Assembly (NCBI GenBank): GCA_951406725.2
Contig: OX597826.1
Coordinates: forward strand, 56,296,001-56,360,000
Reading direction: 5' to 3'
Length of the DNA: 64,000 nt
Source: Octopus vulgaris
Lineage: Eukaryota
Position 1 is the stretch's first letter; every line of letters begins with the position of its first letter. Positions 1 through 13,486 of the stretch are shown here, piece by piece. Both the position numbers and the translations under genes were made by a program. The notes below the pieces were generated by a model. It was not told where the DNA came from. It searched no databases and saw only the letters and a program-made list of their open reading frames with translations.

Positions 1-170
<170 letters not shown>

Positions 171-313
171 TTCAGCCTGAAATACTCGGCATTACAACAA
201 ACAACGCATCGCTGAAAATTGCTCATTGTCGCACACCACAAGGTATATTGTACAATGTACAATTTAATATTGTTTTAGTATACCTACCACATCAATTTCA
301 TTCTTCTATCTTC

Positions 314-383
<70 letters not shown>

Positions 384-579
384 CTCTTTCCTTCATTCCT
401 GTTTCCTTCATGCTTTCTTATTCCTTTCTTCATCCATTGTATTTCTTATCTTTATTCTTCCTTCACACCTCTTCTTCCTTTTCTGTATATTTCTTCATGG
501 TCAGTTCTCTATTTTTCATCCTTTTCTTTCTCTTTGTTTCCATTCTCTACTACATCCATCTTTTATTATTTCTATACCT

Positions 580-1505
580 TAGAGCGGTGAACTGGCAGAA
601 TCGCTTGCACGCCGGGCAAAATATTTGCAACATTTCGTCCATCTTTACGTTCTGAGTTCAAATTGCGCCGAGGTCGATTTGCTTTTAATCCTTTCTGAGT
701 CGATAAATTAAGCACCAGTGAACCACTTGGGTCGATGTAATCGACAAGCCCCTTCCTCAAAAAATTTAGACCTTGTGCCTTTAGTAGAAAGGATTATTTT
801 TGTCCTTTAAGGCGGCCAACTGGTAGAATTGTTAGCGCGCTGGGCAAGATGCTTATCAGCATTCCGTTCGTTTTCTTGTTCTGAGTTCAAATTCCGCCAA
901 GATCCACTTTGTTTTTCCCCCCTTCCGAGATCGATAAAATAAGAAAACATTTGGGTCGCTGTAATCGATTTACCCTTCCTCCGAATTATTCTTCAACTTC
1001 AATCGCTATAGATATCAATTCTTTCACTTATTCTTCAACTTTTCTTCAAGAGTGGTGGATTGGCAGAATCGTTTTGCGCTATTTCTGTCGGATCTAAGTT
1101 CAAATCTCACTATGGTCAACGTTATCAAGTTTACTTTTCATCCGTTTCAGATCGAAAAGTTCTAGTTAAGGAGTGAATTTTGTGTCATTGACTAATTATC
1201 TCTCCTAATTAAAATAGTTAGAAAGCGATAAAATAGTTAGAAAGCCGGATTATTAATAGTTCGTAGTATTTTTATATCGAGTTCAAATCTTTTGTTTCAG
1301 GGTGATGATGTTAAACATAATGAAGGCAACGAACAGAAAGAATCTTTAACACGCCATACAAAATGCTTAACGCTCTGAGTTCAAATTCCGCCGCGGTAAA
1401 CTTTGGCTTTCATCCTTTCGGGGCCGATAAATTAAGTACTAGTTGCATACTGGAGGTTGATATAATCGACTTAGCTCCTCCCTTAAAATTTCAGGCCTTG
1501 TGCCT
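580..1505 (+). mobile_element. Cluster of ~4 SINE family A copies (older tail type A1; ~580-800, ~811-985, ~1050-1220, ~1325-1505)
   Basis: tRNA-like head (TGGCAGAATCG...GAGTTCAAATT, A/B-box-like), body GTCGACTTTGCCTTTCATCCTTTCGGGGTCGATAAA, tail GGCCTTGTGCCTTTAGTAGAAAGGATTATT; recurs across the window. Confidence 0.88.
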
Positions 1506-2133
1506 TGTTGTTGATTAGTCCACATTACTCCGTTTCTCTGGTGCATATAATCCCTCATTGGATAGGTCGCCTGTCCATCGCAGAATTACTTATTTCTGGA
1601 TGGAAGCACTCCGTCGGTTACGACGACGAGGATTCCGGTTGATCCGAATCAACGGAACAGCCTGCTCGTGAAATTAACGTGTAAGTGGCTGAGCACTCCG
1701 CAGACACGTGTACCCTTAACGTAGTTCTCAGGGATATTCAGCGTGACACAGAGAGTGACAAGGCCGGCCCTTTGAAATACAAGGTACAACAGAAACAGGA
1801 AGTAATAGTGAGAGAAAGTTGTGGTGAAAGAGTACAGCAGGGATCACCACCATCCCCTGCCGGAGCCTCGTGGAGCTTTAGGTGTTTTCGCTCAATAAAC
1901 ACTCACAACGCCCGGTCTAGGAATCGAAACCGCGATCCTATGACCGCGAGTCCGCTGCCCTAACCACTGGGCCATTGCGCCTCCACACTTATTTCTACCA
2001 GCTGACTGGAATGGAGCAGCGCGAAATGAAGCGTTTTGCTCAAGAATACAGCGTATCGCCCGGTTCAGGAATCAAAACCACAATCTTACGATCATGAGTC
2101 CCAACATTCTAACCACTAAGCCAGCGCCTCCAA
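1505..2133 (-). mobile_element. tRNA-derived SINE family E, split by an inserted family C SINE
   Basis: Minus strand TGGAGGCGCTGGCTTAGTGGTTAGAATG...GGTTTTGATTCC head, then CORE-like TTCTTGAGCAAAACGCTT; continues on the other side of 1598-1986. A related 3' part lies at ~50240-50370. Confidence 0.75.
1598..1986 (-). mobile_element. Full-length tRNA-derived SINE family C with 10-bp TSD
   Basis: Head TGGAGGCGCAATGGCCCAGTGGTTAGGGCAGCGGACTCGCGG...GGTTTCGATTCC; ACTTATTTCT duplicated at 1588-1597 and 1987-1996; further copies at 22677-23035 and 32985-33124. Confidence 0.92.
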
Positions 2134-3629
2134 TGTGCCCGTAGCAGAAAGGATTAAAGAAACATAATTTAGGTTACCAATCCCCCAAAATGTGTGGCTT
2201 TGTGCCAAGTCTTTAAACTATTGTCAAGACTACTTAGAGCTTCGGATATAATTATTTGCGGTATTTCTTCCGGGTGTTTACGTTTTGAGTTCAAATCCCG
2301 CCAAGGTCAATATTACTCGTCTTTCATTTTCCCGGGGTCTGCTAACTTCTTTCTCCAGATTTGTTGTCTTGAACCCGTAAGAAACAATAATATAATTGCT
2401 GATTCTGTTTTCATTCTTGCTTATGTTGTTAATATTGATGTTTTTCTTATCGTTTTTCGCTTTTGAGTATTTGACCGGTTCCATTTGGTCATGTCTGTAG
2501 GAACTAACTACCTACAGTTACTCTAGGATTTAGTATGGAGACTGGTGTTAGGTTAAATTGACAGTACATCTGTTCTACTTTAAAATGCCCTTGTTTCTAA
2601 ATTAGTTGCTATGATCTAGAAACTACGGTCCAGAGTTAGAAAGACTACATCAAGCAAATATTAGTCGTAGGAGGTAAGTTAAGTGGTTTAACTGTGTATA
2701 TCAATACAGAGCTATTGGAAATGTAAAACTATTTGCTTATGAAAGATCTGAACACTGCAATGTTTAAAATATAGGAAATGCTTCTTATTGATCTAAAAAC
2801 ATTGAAAACTATTCTCCCTGAGATTGCTTTTATTGCTGCTGCTGCTGCTGCTGTTGTTGTTGTTGCTGTTAAGCAACAAGACGGGTAAGGGTGATTAGTT
2901 GATGGTCTAAGGCTTAGGGGCGGGAGACACCAGACCTTGGAAAAAAAAAACCTTTGGTCGTCTTATTGTAGTCGAGGGCTGTTCGTTCACGCCCGACACC
3001 ACTGGGAGGTGGCCCGCGAGGTCGCTGGAAATGGAGATCTCCAGGTCCAAATTCTTGAACGGCTGCTGCTGCTGCTGTTGTTGTTGTTGTTGTTGTTACT
3101 ACTGCTGTCGTTGATATGGCTGTTTAACTTCTGGTCGCCTTTGACCAAATTCGTTCCAGCTATGACCATCATAGCTCCAGGTCAGGTCTGACTGAGGCAA
3201 ATTTCACCAAACTCGCTCCATCCGTGATTATCCCAAATTTCTTTCTTTAATTATGGTTTACCTAGGACTACATTACTCAATGAGTATTTGACCATTCCTT
3301 TTTAAAGAAGGTAGGACGTGATTTTAGAGATATATTAGGTCGTGTAATTCGACTGTATTTCTATGCAATCCTCTTGCACAAGAGGCTTTGTATATTGTGA
3401 ATAGTGTTACAGACAGTTCAAAAGATGAGGTTAGTGGACGACCAGCCCAGAGGTTCTCTCATTAGTACTGTGACGTACCTATGTCGAAAATATCCATCGC
3501 TTAAATAGTCTAGTCACCTAACTGAAACTAAGAAGTACAACCAACACAGCCAGCCAAAGTAAGCATTCTAGCCATTAACAGATTCCTAAGTTAATATAAC
3601 AAATATGATGCAAGGACAGAGACTCTATA

Positions 3630-4219
3630 TTCTTTTCTACTCTAGGCACATGGCCCAAAATTTTGGAGGAGGGGGCCCAGTAGATTACATCAAATCCAGT
3701 ACACAACTGGTACTTAATTTATCGACCCCGTAAGGATGAAAGGCAAAGTTGACCTCGGTGGAATTTGAATTCAGAACGTAAAGACAGACGAAATACTGCT
3801 AAGCATTTCGCCCGGCGTGCTAACGTTACTTATTTCTTTACTGCCCATAAGGGGCTACACACAGGGGATAAACAAGGAGAGACAAACGGATTAAGCTGAT
3901 TATATCGACCCCAGTGCGTAACTGGTACTTAATTAATCGACCCCGAAAGGATGAAAGGCAAAGTCGACCTCGGTGGAATTTGAACTCAGAACGTAGCGGC
4001 AGACGAAATACCTATTTCTTTATTACCCGCAAGGGGCTAAACATAGAGGGGACAAACAAGGACAGACATAGGTATTAAGTCGATTACATCGACCCCAGCG
4101 CGGAACTGGTACTTAATTAATCGACCCCGAAAGGATGAAAGGCAAAGTCGACCTCGGCGTAATTTGAACTCAGAAGTATTTCGCCCGGCGTGTTAACGTT
4201 TCTGACAGTTCGACGCCTT
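3630..4219 (-). mobile_element. SINE family A trimer (two A2-tail units plus one A1-tail unit) inside one TSD pair
   Basis: Three bodies in tandem; GACAGAGA(C/T)TCTAT flanks both sides (~3615 and ~4220). Confidence 0.9.
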
Positions 4220-4258
4220 GACAGAGATTCTATCTTAACAAATACATTAAATCATATA

Positions 4259-4497
4259 CAGTAACCCCGCGCCATATCGCGGTTCACCTATCGCGCACTT
4301 AATATATCGTGGTTCGCCTATCGCGCACTCAGTACATCGCGGATGATTTTTCTTGCTAATGTATGTAAATTTATATCGCGGTCTCCTCAGTATACCCGGG
4401 TTTATGCGACCGATTGGTATTTGTATTTTTTTTAGATTTTATTTATTTCTGTGAGAAGTTTTGGAATTTAACACCCGCGATAGTCGAGCGATTACTG
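4259..4497. mobile_element. pogo/Tigger-like MITE
   Basis: Imperfect TIRs CAGTAACCCCGCGCCATATCGCGG / CAGTAATCGCTCGACTATCGCGG, TA on both sides, internal TATCGCG repeats. Confidence 0.8.
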
Positions 4498-4499
4498 TA

Positions 4500-4693
4500 C
4501 AGAGGCCGCCAAAAGTATGTATACATACTTCAGGAAAGGAAAAATCTGTGTAAATATTTAACTTGTATAATTACCTCTTTAAATATAAATACCACTTTCG
4601 ATGTTTTATCGAATTGCAATAACACTAAATTAAAATATTTATACAGATTTTATCCTTTCCTGAAGTAAGCATACATATTTTTGGCGGACTCTA
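4500..4693. mobile_element. Tc1/mariner-type MITE with ~60-bp TIRs
   Basis: CAGAGGCCGCCAAAAGTATGTATACATACTTCAGGAAAGGA... mirrored by ...TCCTTTCCTGAAGTAAGCATACATATTTTTGGCGGACTCTA; TA flanks. Confidence 0.88.
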
Positions 4694-5242
4694 TATAATG
4701 GATCTCCGTCGCTTTCGACGGTGTGTGTGTGCAGTTGTTGGATCAAACTAATAATCTGTTTATCGAATTAGCGTTTAAGTGGCTGGGTATTATAGAGACA
4801 GGTGTACTCTTAATGTAATTCTCAGGCTGAGTAAGGGTGACACAGTGCGTAACAGTGATGGAGTTTTGAATTACAAGTGCAATCTATCTAACAGTTTCCG
4901 TCTACCCTATTTTCTCTGTACGGGCTGCCAGAATCGTTAGCACGGAGAAAAAAATGCTTGGCGGGTATTTCTACTGTGCCTTTACGCTCTGAGTTCAAAT
5001 CCCGTCGAGGTCAGCTTTGTTTTCCTTCATTCGGACATTGATAAAATAAAGTACCAGTCATTTACGGGGGGTCGATGTAATCGACTTACCCACTCTCTTC
5101 GAAATTGCTAGTGTTGAAGCGAGCAAACAGATCGGAGACCCTTTCAGTGGGGATTGTGGTAATCTCGCCCACTTACACACCATGGAAACCGAGTAAATCA
5201 ACTTCATGATTCAGTGAGCTAAAAAAAAAAAAAACTTACAAA

Positions 5243-5745
5243 GGCGTAGGAGTGGCTGTGTGGTAAGTAGCTTGCTTACGAACCTCATGGTTCCGGGTTC
5301 AGTCCCATTGCGTGGCACCTTGGGCAAGTGTCTTCTACTGTAGTCTCGGGCTGACCAAAGCCTTGTGAGTGGATTTGGTAGATGGAAACTGAAAAAAGGC
5401 CGTCGTATGTATGTATGTATGTATGTATGTATGTATGTATGTATGTATGTATGTATGTATGTATGTATGTGTGTGTGTGTGTATGTTTATGTATCTGTGT
5501 TTGTCCCCCTCACCCCACCCAACATTGCTTGACAACCGATGCTGGTGTGTTTACGTGCCCGTAACATAGCGGTTCGGCAAAAGAGACCGATGGAATAAGT
5601 ACTAGGCTTACAAAGAATAAGGGGTCGATTTGCTCGATTGGGGTCAATTTGCTCGACTGGGGTCGATTTGCTCGACTAAAGGGCGGTACTCCAGCATGGC
5701 CGCAGTCAAATGACTGTGAAACAAGTAAAAGAGTAAAAGAGTAAG
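5243..5745 (+). mobile_element. SINE family B (tRNA head, CORE-like box, internal microsatellite, (GTAAAAGA)n tail)
   Basis: GGCGTAGGAGTGGCTGTGTGGTAAG...GGTTCAGTCCC, CACCTTGGGCAAGTGTCTT, (TATG)n core, tail AAACAAGTAAAAGAGTAAAAGAG; a 19-bp unit is triplicated at ~5621-5677. Confidence 0.93.
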
Positions 5746-6189
5746 TTTGAAGTGATGTGCGACAAGAAAAGAGAATAAAACTTGCCTTGTCTGCTTGCTA
5801 CGCTGAGAAACGGAAATTGCGGATTCGTGATTACAGAGAGCTTCTTAACGATCCGTTCATATACTGCTTTACGATAGCATATAACTGATGCAACAGCTTA
5901 GTCGCTCTTACAAGCGTAGTTTGATATTCGACGCAATTGTGAAATACTTGTCGGCCATACTGTTTCGAGAAACAAACAATAGTTAGCAATTACAGTGTGA
6001 GTAAGATTAACAAAGAGTAATTAGGATTAGCCTGCTCGTGTGACTGACTGACTATAGCAATCTATTGACTGTATTGTAAGTGTAGTAGAATCAACAGACG
6101 ATCTTTGTTTTTTTTGTATGAGAAAGGATTAAAAATTATGACGGCGGATTAATGCAATGGTATACGCACTTCAGTGGAGTGTTAAGCTA

Positions 6190-7169
6190 CATTTTTTTAT
6201 CATTGTTGTTTCTTTGTCCTCTTCTTCTTCTTTCTCTTCTTTTTCTTCTTTTTCTTCTTCTTCTTCTTTGTCTTCTTTTTCTTCTTCTTTTTTGTCTTTT
6301 TTGTCTTCTTCTTTTTCTTCTTCTTCTTCTTCTTTGTCTTCTTTGTCTTCTTCTTCTTCTTCTTCTTCTTCTTCTTCTTCTTTGTCTTCTTCTTCTTTTT
6401 CTTCTTCTTTGTCTTCTTTTTCTTCTTCTCCTTTGTCTTCTTTGTCTTCTTCTTTTTCTTCTTCTTTGTCTTCTTCTTCTTCTTCTTCTTCTTCTTCTTC
6501 TTTTTCTTTCGTTCCTCCTTGGCAATGACAATAACAATCACAATACAATCGCAATAACAAAAACAGACATCTACAACATCAACAACAACAACATTATTTG
6601 TAGCAAAAGCGATAAGAATAAGAATTAACGATTTTCCTTCCGGAAACAACAACAAAAAGGTGACAGAGAGAAAGAGCAGGAGAAGGAAGAGGTAGAGAAG
6701 GAAGAACAGGAGAAGGAGAGGAAGTAGAAATGGAGGGGAGAGTGAAAAGGAGCAGGAGGAAGAAGAGGAGGAGAAGAGGAGGAGGAGAAGAAGAAGAAGA
6801 AGAAGAAGAAGAAGAAGAAGAAGAAGAAGAAGAAGAAGAAGAAGAAGAAGAAGAAGAAGAAGAAGAAGAAGAAGAAGACTTTGATGATGGTAATGATCAG
6901 GATCAAGAAGATATCGAAAAGAAGTGAAAGGAGAAAAATAAGAATAAGGGGCTAGAGGAGAGAAAGATGGAAAGGGAAAACGAAGATATTGATGATGATG
7001 ATGATGATGGTGATGATGACCACGACGACAACGACGATACAGACGACGACGACGACAACGATGATCATTGCGATGACGACGACGTCGATGTTGACGTTGA
7101 TGACTACTACGGCAGCGATAACGGTGATGGCGATGACGACCGTGATGATGATAATGATGATGACCATGT

Positions 7170-7204
<35 letters not shown>

Positions 7205-7262
7205 GTGATGATGACGCTGATGATGATGATGGTGGTGGTGGTGGTGGTGGTGGTGGTGGTTG

Positions 7263-7296
<34 letters not shown>

Positions 7297-7786
7297 GAGA
7301 AACAACATGGTGACTGACTGTTATTTGTAGATGTCTCATTCTGCAGTCATTTAAGAGAGAAGATAATAGTTCAACGTATGTCTACCGATGACAGAGACGT
7401 TCGCTTGAACCGTGCAACCCAGTATCCTCATCGTCGCCAACATGGCAGACTATAACGCTCTCTCCTCACTCTCTCTCTCCCTCTCTTTCCATCAACATCA
7501 TCATCACCATCATCGACATCATCATCATCATCGTCATCGTCATCATCATCATCATCATCGTCATCGTCATTATCATCATCATCATCATCATCATCATCGT
7601 CATTATCGTCGTCATCATAATCATCGTCATCATCATCGTCATCATCATCGTCGTCGTCGTCAACATCATCATCATCATTAACATCATCACCATCGTCATC
7701 ATCATCATCATCATCATCACCACCACCAACACCAGCACCACCACTACCACCACCATCATTATCATCATCACCATCATCTTCATCAA

Positions 7787-7820
<34 letters not shown>

Positions 7821-8485
7821 GTCATTATCGTCGTCATCATAATCATCGTCATCATCATCATCATCATCATCGTCGTCGTCGTCAACATCATCATCATCAT
7901 TAACATCATCACCATCGTCATCATCATCATCATCATCATCATCACCACCACCAACACCAGCACCACCACTACCACCACCATCATTATCATCATCACCATC
8001 ATCTTCATCAACATCATCATCATCATCTTCATTGTCATCATCATCATCATCCTCATCTTCATAAACGTCATTGCCCTTATATTAGCCTACTCTTTTGCTT
8101 GTATTTATTGTTGTTGTTCTTCTACGGTTAGGTTTTCCTTTTTTTGCTCTTTTCCTAGAAAAAAGAAGCTATTTATTTTATTTTGTTTTATTTTATTTTT
8201 TGTGTACTTTTTGTTTCATTTTCCTTTGCTTCAGTTGCATTTCAGAAATAAGAAGCTTTGATGATTTCTTACTTATAAATGACGAGGACGACAACGGCAA
8301 TGATGTCGATGATGACGACGACGACGATGATGACGACGACGGTGGTGGTGATGATGATGGTAATGATGATGATGATGATGATGATGATGATGTTGATGAT
8401 GGTAATGATGATGATGATGATGTTGGTGGTGGTTTTGATGGTGGTGGTAGTGGTGGTGGTGATGGTGGTGGTAGCGGTGGTGATG

Positions 8486-8539
<54 letters not shown>

Positions 8540-8872
8540 GTGGTAGTGGTGGTGGTGGTGGTGGTGGTGGTGGTGATGATGATGAGGATGATCATCATCA
8601 TCCTCATCATGGCGGCGACCACGACGACCACGACGAGGGGAGTGATTCAAGATGAAAGAAATATAAAATAAAAGCGTAAGTGAAAGATTTTAAAAATTCC
8701 CTTCAGTGAAACAGTAAAATATAACATGTACGTGTGTGTGTGAGTATATATATATATATATATGTGTGTGTGTGCCTGCGTGCGTGTGATCACTCGTGTG
8801 TGTGTATCTGTAAGTATATGTATATACATAGATTTATGCATACACACACACACGTACACACACATACATATA

Positions 8873-8909
<37 letters not shown>

Positions 8910-8990
8910 CCGCACGCACACTGAGAAAGAATAGTTTCAAGACTAGCAACAATAGGAACAATAACAAGAACAACAACAACAGTAGTAGTG

Positions 8991-9064
<74 letters not shown>

Positions 9065-9119
9065 GGTTGTGGTGGCGCTGGCGGTGGTGACGGTGGTGGC
9101 GGTGGTGGTGGTGGTGGTG

Positions 9120-9162
<43 letters not shown>

Positions 9163-9165
9163 CTC
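6190..9165. repeat. Large compound trinucleotide low-complexity zone (TTC, GAA/GGA, GAT/GAC/GGT, CAT, AGT)
   Basis: Direct reading; overlapping ORFs here are homopolymeric in all frames. Confidence 0.97.
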
Positions 9166-9371
9166 CTGGTTTTTTTCAACATGACTTGAAAGAGCAAGTT
9201 ACAAATGGTGTAGAACAAAGAAATATATGAAAAGGTGTGTGTAAACAAAACGTATTATTATAATATTATAAACAATGATATATACACACGTACATATATA
9301 TACTTATATGTGTATACACACACACACACACTCAATTAGAAATAATGATTTCTTACAAGCAAGGAGTGTAG

Positions 9372-9405
<34 letters not shown>

Positions 9406-9892
9406 CGCTGAGGGACATAATCGATCTCTATATACTTAGTTCTATACATTTTATCGATCTCAAGGATGGGTGAGAATTAAAATCGAACTTGCACCCCGTT
9501 GAGATTTGATCTCTTAACGTCATGAAACGAAAGTAAATGCTTTAATTTTCACTATTCTTTTTGTTTGTTTGTTTGTTTTTGTTTTGTTTTAATTGTCTTT
9601 TGTTTTGTTTTTTACTTTTTCTGCCAGGTCATCCATCTTGTTTATGTAAATATGATTAATGATATTTTTTTTTCTAATTCTTAGGTACGTAGTTGTTTTT
9701 TTACTGTTGTTATTTAACCAAACCAGAGGCTAACTCTGAGTAAGCAGGCCTGGGATTAAAGTCATTGAACTCATGAGTACATCATGTTAGTTTTGTGTTG
9801 TGTTGTTGTTTTTTTTTAGGCATAGTGTACCTTGAACTGTATCATCCTATGTGTCATTTTTGAAGACAATAGTGTTTGTTTTTACCTATATA

Positions 9893-10240
9893 GGCGCAGG
9901 AGTGGCTGTGTGGTAAGTAGCTCGCTTACCAACCACATGGTTCCGGGTTCAGTCCCACTGCGTGGCACCTTGGGCAAGTGTCTTCTACTATAGCCCCGGG
10001 CCGACCAAAGCCTTGTGAGTGGATTTGGTAGACGGAAACTGAAAGAAACCCGTCGTACATATGTATACATATATATATATATGTATACATGTATATATGT
10101 ATGTGTGTGCATATGTTTGTGTGTCTGTGTTTGTCCTCCCGACATCGCTTGACAACCGATGCTGGTGTGTTTATGTCCCCGTAACTTAGCGGTTCGGCAA
10201 AAGAGACCGATAGAATAAGTACGAGGCATCCAAAGAATAA
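9893..10240 (+). mobile_element. SINE family B, 3' end interrupted
   Basis: Matches 5243-5620; a B-type tail reappears at ~10870-10925. Confidence 0.92.
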
Positions 10241-11491
10241 ATACAAAAAATATTTTGCGGTTGTCTCTAAGAGGATGTGTAACAACGTTGAGGCTCCTTT
10301 CGTTGTCTTGAGACATAATCAGTTGTTGAAATTATCAGTCATAGTTATTTATTTTATCGTCTATAGAGTGAAGCAAATACGAAATGGATAACTAGATACA
10401 ACAACTTTTGAATGACTATTGCACTAGATTCAGTTTATTTTTGTTTCTGTGACTGCGATTCCCGCGAGTATTAGGGTTAAAGAAGAGTAGCGCAGGTTTT
10501 TATAGGTTCCAAAAATTCCGCGGAATATTGAAGTTTTATTGGTAATATTCTATTCAGTCTTTGGAGGACTTAACAGAGACGATGGCTTTTAATATCTTAC
10601 AGGAATATAGCCAGAAAGTGTATATCTTTAGGAAAGAATTGATAAAAACTTTTTTTAAAGAACATTTCCTTAAAATTGTTAAGCGTATCAATCTAAATAC
10701 TGATAATTGCCTAGTCGTAGCTTTCGACCAAATTAAGATTGCATTCCAAGCGTAATTGAAACCTAATGGTGCCCTACAGTGATGGTAGTAGTGATAATGT
10801 TGGTGGCAAAAATTTCCATTGTTTGACGAAGATGATTCAGTCAGTCGATTAACAAAATAAACATGTAAATGGCGGTGCCCCAGCATGGCCACAGCTCATA
10901 AGCTGAAACTAGAATCAATCAATCATGAGAGATTTGTTTCAAAGTTATTCAGTTACAATATCTTATGTTCGTTTCATTAACATGAAAATACACATGGATA
11001 CTGGTTATTTATCTCACAGTTTAAGGTTTATATCGCTTTGGTGGATTAAATGAATTAACGGGTAAGAAGCAGAGAGACACGTGTACTCTTAAAGTAATTC
11101 TCAAGCAGAATCAGTGTGGTACAGTATGCACTAAATCTGTACCTCATGAATTACTCGCATACTCCATTAGACGAGTTACAAATAAGTTTTCGACGACCCA
11201 CTTCTACATAAAACGTATGGCTCGACTCAAGAATATAAAAGGCGATATTTGCTCGAAATGACACAGGGAAGACTCGATCCTAGGGTCTTTTCTTCCTAAG
11301 CAAGCTTCTTAACCATTCAGCCAAATTGCACCTCATACCATACTGTATATAAGCAACAAATTTAAATAATTAAATAATCCGCTGAGTATTCTGAAGAAGC
11401 AACTTAATAATTTAAGTAAGTGAAATATCCATCATTTCATACGAGGAGATATTTTTTCAAGTAGATATATATATCTACTACTATGTTAGTA

Positions 11492-11556
<65 letters not shown>

Positions 11557-11800
11557 TAGATAGATAGATAGATAGATATATATATATATATATAGATAGA
11601 TAGAGAGATAGATAGATAGATAGATATGGATATAGATATATATACATACATGCATGCATACATACATGCGCGAGCGTGTGCGTATATGTGTGTGTCTATA
11701 AACAAATACAGGTATAAGTGCACAGACAGAGATGTCGGCTGCCCGTTATGCAATTTATACGTTGTATATTTTTGTTTGTGTGTGTAAATACATATATGTA

Positions 11801-12115
11801 CACCTTCACCTCGACTTGCAACTTATGCGACTTACGATCATCCGCACTTACGTCCACAAAATAAAAATAAGGAAATAATAAATAAATAAATAAATCGACT
11901 TTCGCACATTGGGCAGCTGTCTATGGCCGCATCTGACAACGCAGACCTCCCTCAGACCTAGGCATCCACTGCCTGCCACTGTCTCTGAGTCGTTTTCAAG
12001 CAACAGTTGCTTTAGAATGAAAATAGTGTTGAAAAATATAATTCCGACATACGACCAGATCGACTTGCGACCTGTCAGTCGGAACGGAACTCGGTGGTAA
12101 GTCGAGGAGAAGGTG
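11801..12115. mobile_element. pogo/Tigger-like MITE (315 bp)
   Basis: TIRs CACCTTCACCTCGACTT / AAGTCGAGGAGAAGGTG (one mismatch), TA on both sides, subterminal CGACTTRCGA repeats. Confidence 0.9.
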
Positions 12116-12631
12116 TATAATGCAGATTTATAGTTATACATATTATCGTAGATGATTTTTGTTGTTACTGAACGCTTGGTGGGGACCAGAAGGTCGGCGG
12201 TGTACCGTATCGATGCATTAATATGTGTTGTCCGCGAAGTATGCAAAGATATGCACGTAGTTTCCTTTTCTTTCTGTTCCCTTCATACAAAAAACAACCA
12301 GAAAAAGAAGATTCGTTTGTAGGAGAATTTTTCAAGTATATGCATTAGCGATATATTGCGGATGTTGACTTGTCGAGATATGAGGTTGAATTTTAAGGCA
12401 GAACATATGTATATAATTATATATATAATAAATGCGTTTTATATGTGTATAATTCAATATGGCAGTAATGTGAGGAAGAGAGAGGTCTCTTGGCTCGCAG
12501 CTGCTCTGGCATCGTAAAATTAATTTCATAGACAGACAGCCATATTTTATCAAAGATTTAAAACAGAAACGGATATTTAAGGCGTTTATACAGGACTTAC
12601 AGTAAGTGCTTTACCTTGGTTTAGCTTAGAA

Positions 12632-12640
12632 TTATATATA

Positions 12641-12709
<69 letters not shown>

Positions 12710-12803
12710 GTATGTATATTGGATTTATACATACATACACACACACATACATATATATATATATTGGATTTTTATATACATACATATGCATATATATGTG
12801 TGA

Positions 12804-12841
<38 letters not shown>

Positions 12842-12932
12842 GTGCGTATATATATACATATATATGTTCATATATATATATATAACTATATACATATATA
12901 TATATATATATAGTTATATATATATATATGAC

Positions 12933-12973
<41 letters not shown>

Positions 12974-13000
12974 ATATATTTGTGTGTGTGTGTATGTAAG
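12632..13000. repeat. Interrupted (TA)n tract
   Basis: Direct reading; comparable tracts at 22370-22600, 29040-29430, 45640-45900, 58770-59010. Confidence 0.97.
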
Positions 13001-13317
13001 ATTTGACTTGTTAGTGATGTAGTGCGTGTTAGAACATACAAATCAAGAAAACCATGTAACCATATGCATATGCATATGTGAAAGTTTTAGCTGTGAAAAT
13101 TTTAAAACTAAATGTTTATATTTTCTAACAGAAGTGTAACACAGACGGATAGTTCATGCATTACTTTAAGTATACTTCCTTCTTCGTTGTTATTTCAACG
13201 TTCACAGCATTAAGCTGGATTGACAGCGATTTTTTACGGTCTTAAAGTTAACGACGACTAATCCATTGTTCTTTCTGTCTCACTCACTCGCCTTCCATAC
13301 ATACATACATACATACA

Positions 13318-13351
<34 letters not shown>

Positions 13352-13486
13352 CATACATACATACATACATACATGCATACATGCATACATACATACATAA
13401 ATACATACATTCATATATACATACATACATACGTACGTACGTACGTACATATAAACATGAATACATACATACGTACATACATACGT

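Noticed and set aside
1900-1986. tRNA gene calls at SINE heads (also families A, B, E)
   Set aside because: A/B-box-like motifs are present but there is no complete cloverleaf, and they run directly into multi-copy SINE bodies.
7320-7460. Possible small host exon (AG acceptors, AC/GTATGT donor) in a unique island
   Set aside because: No recognisable peptide and no partner exons; such motifs arise by chance.
6152-9248. Long poly-E/K/H/D/S ORFs (up to 379 aa)
   Set aside because: Open in several frames on both strands because trinucleotide repeats lack stops; no complex sequence or splice context.
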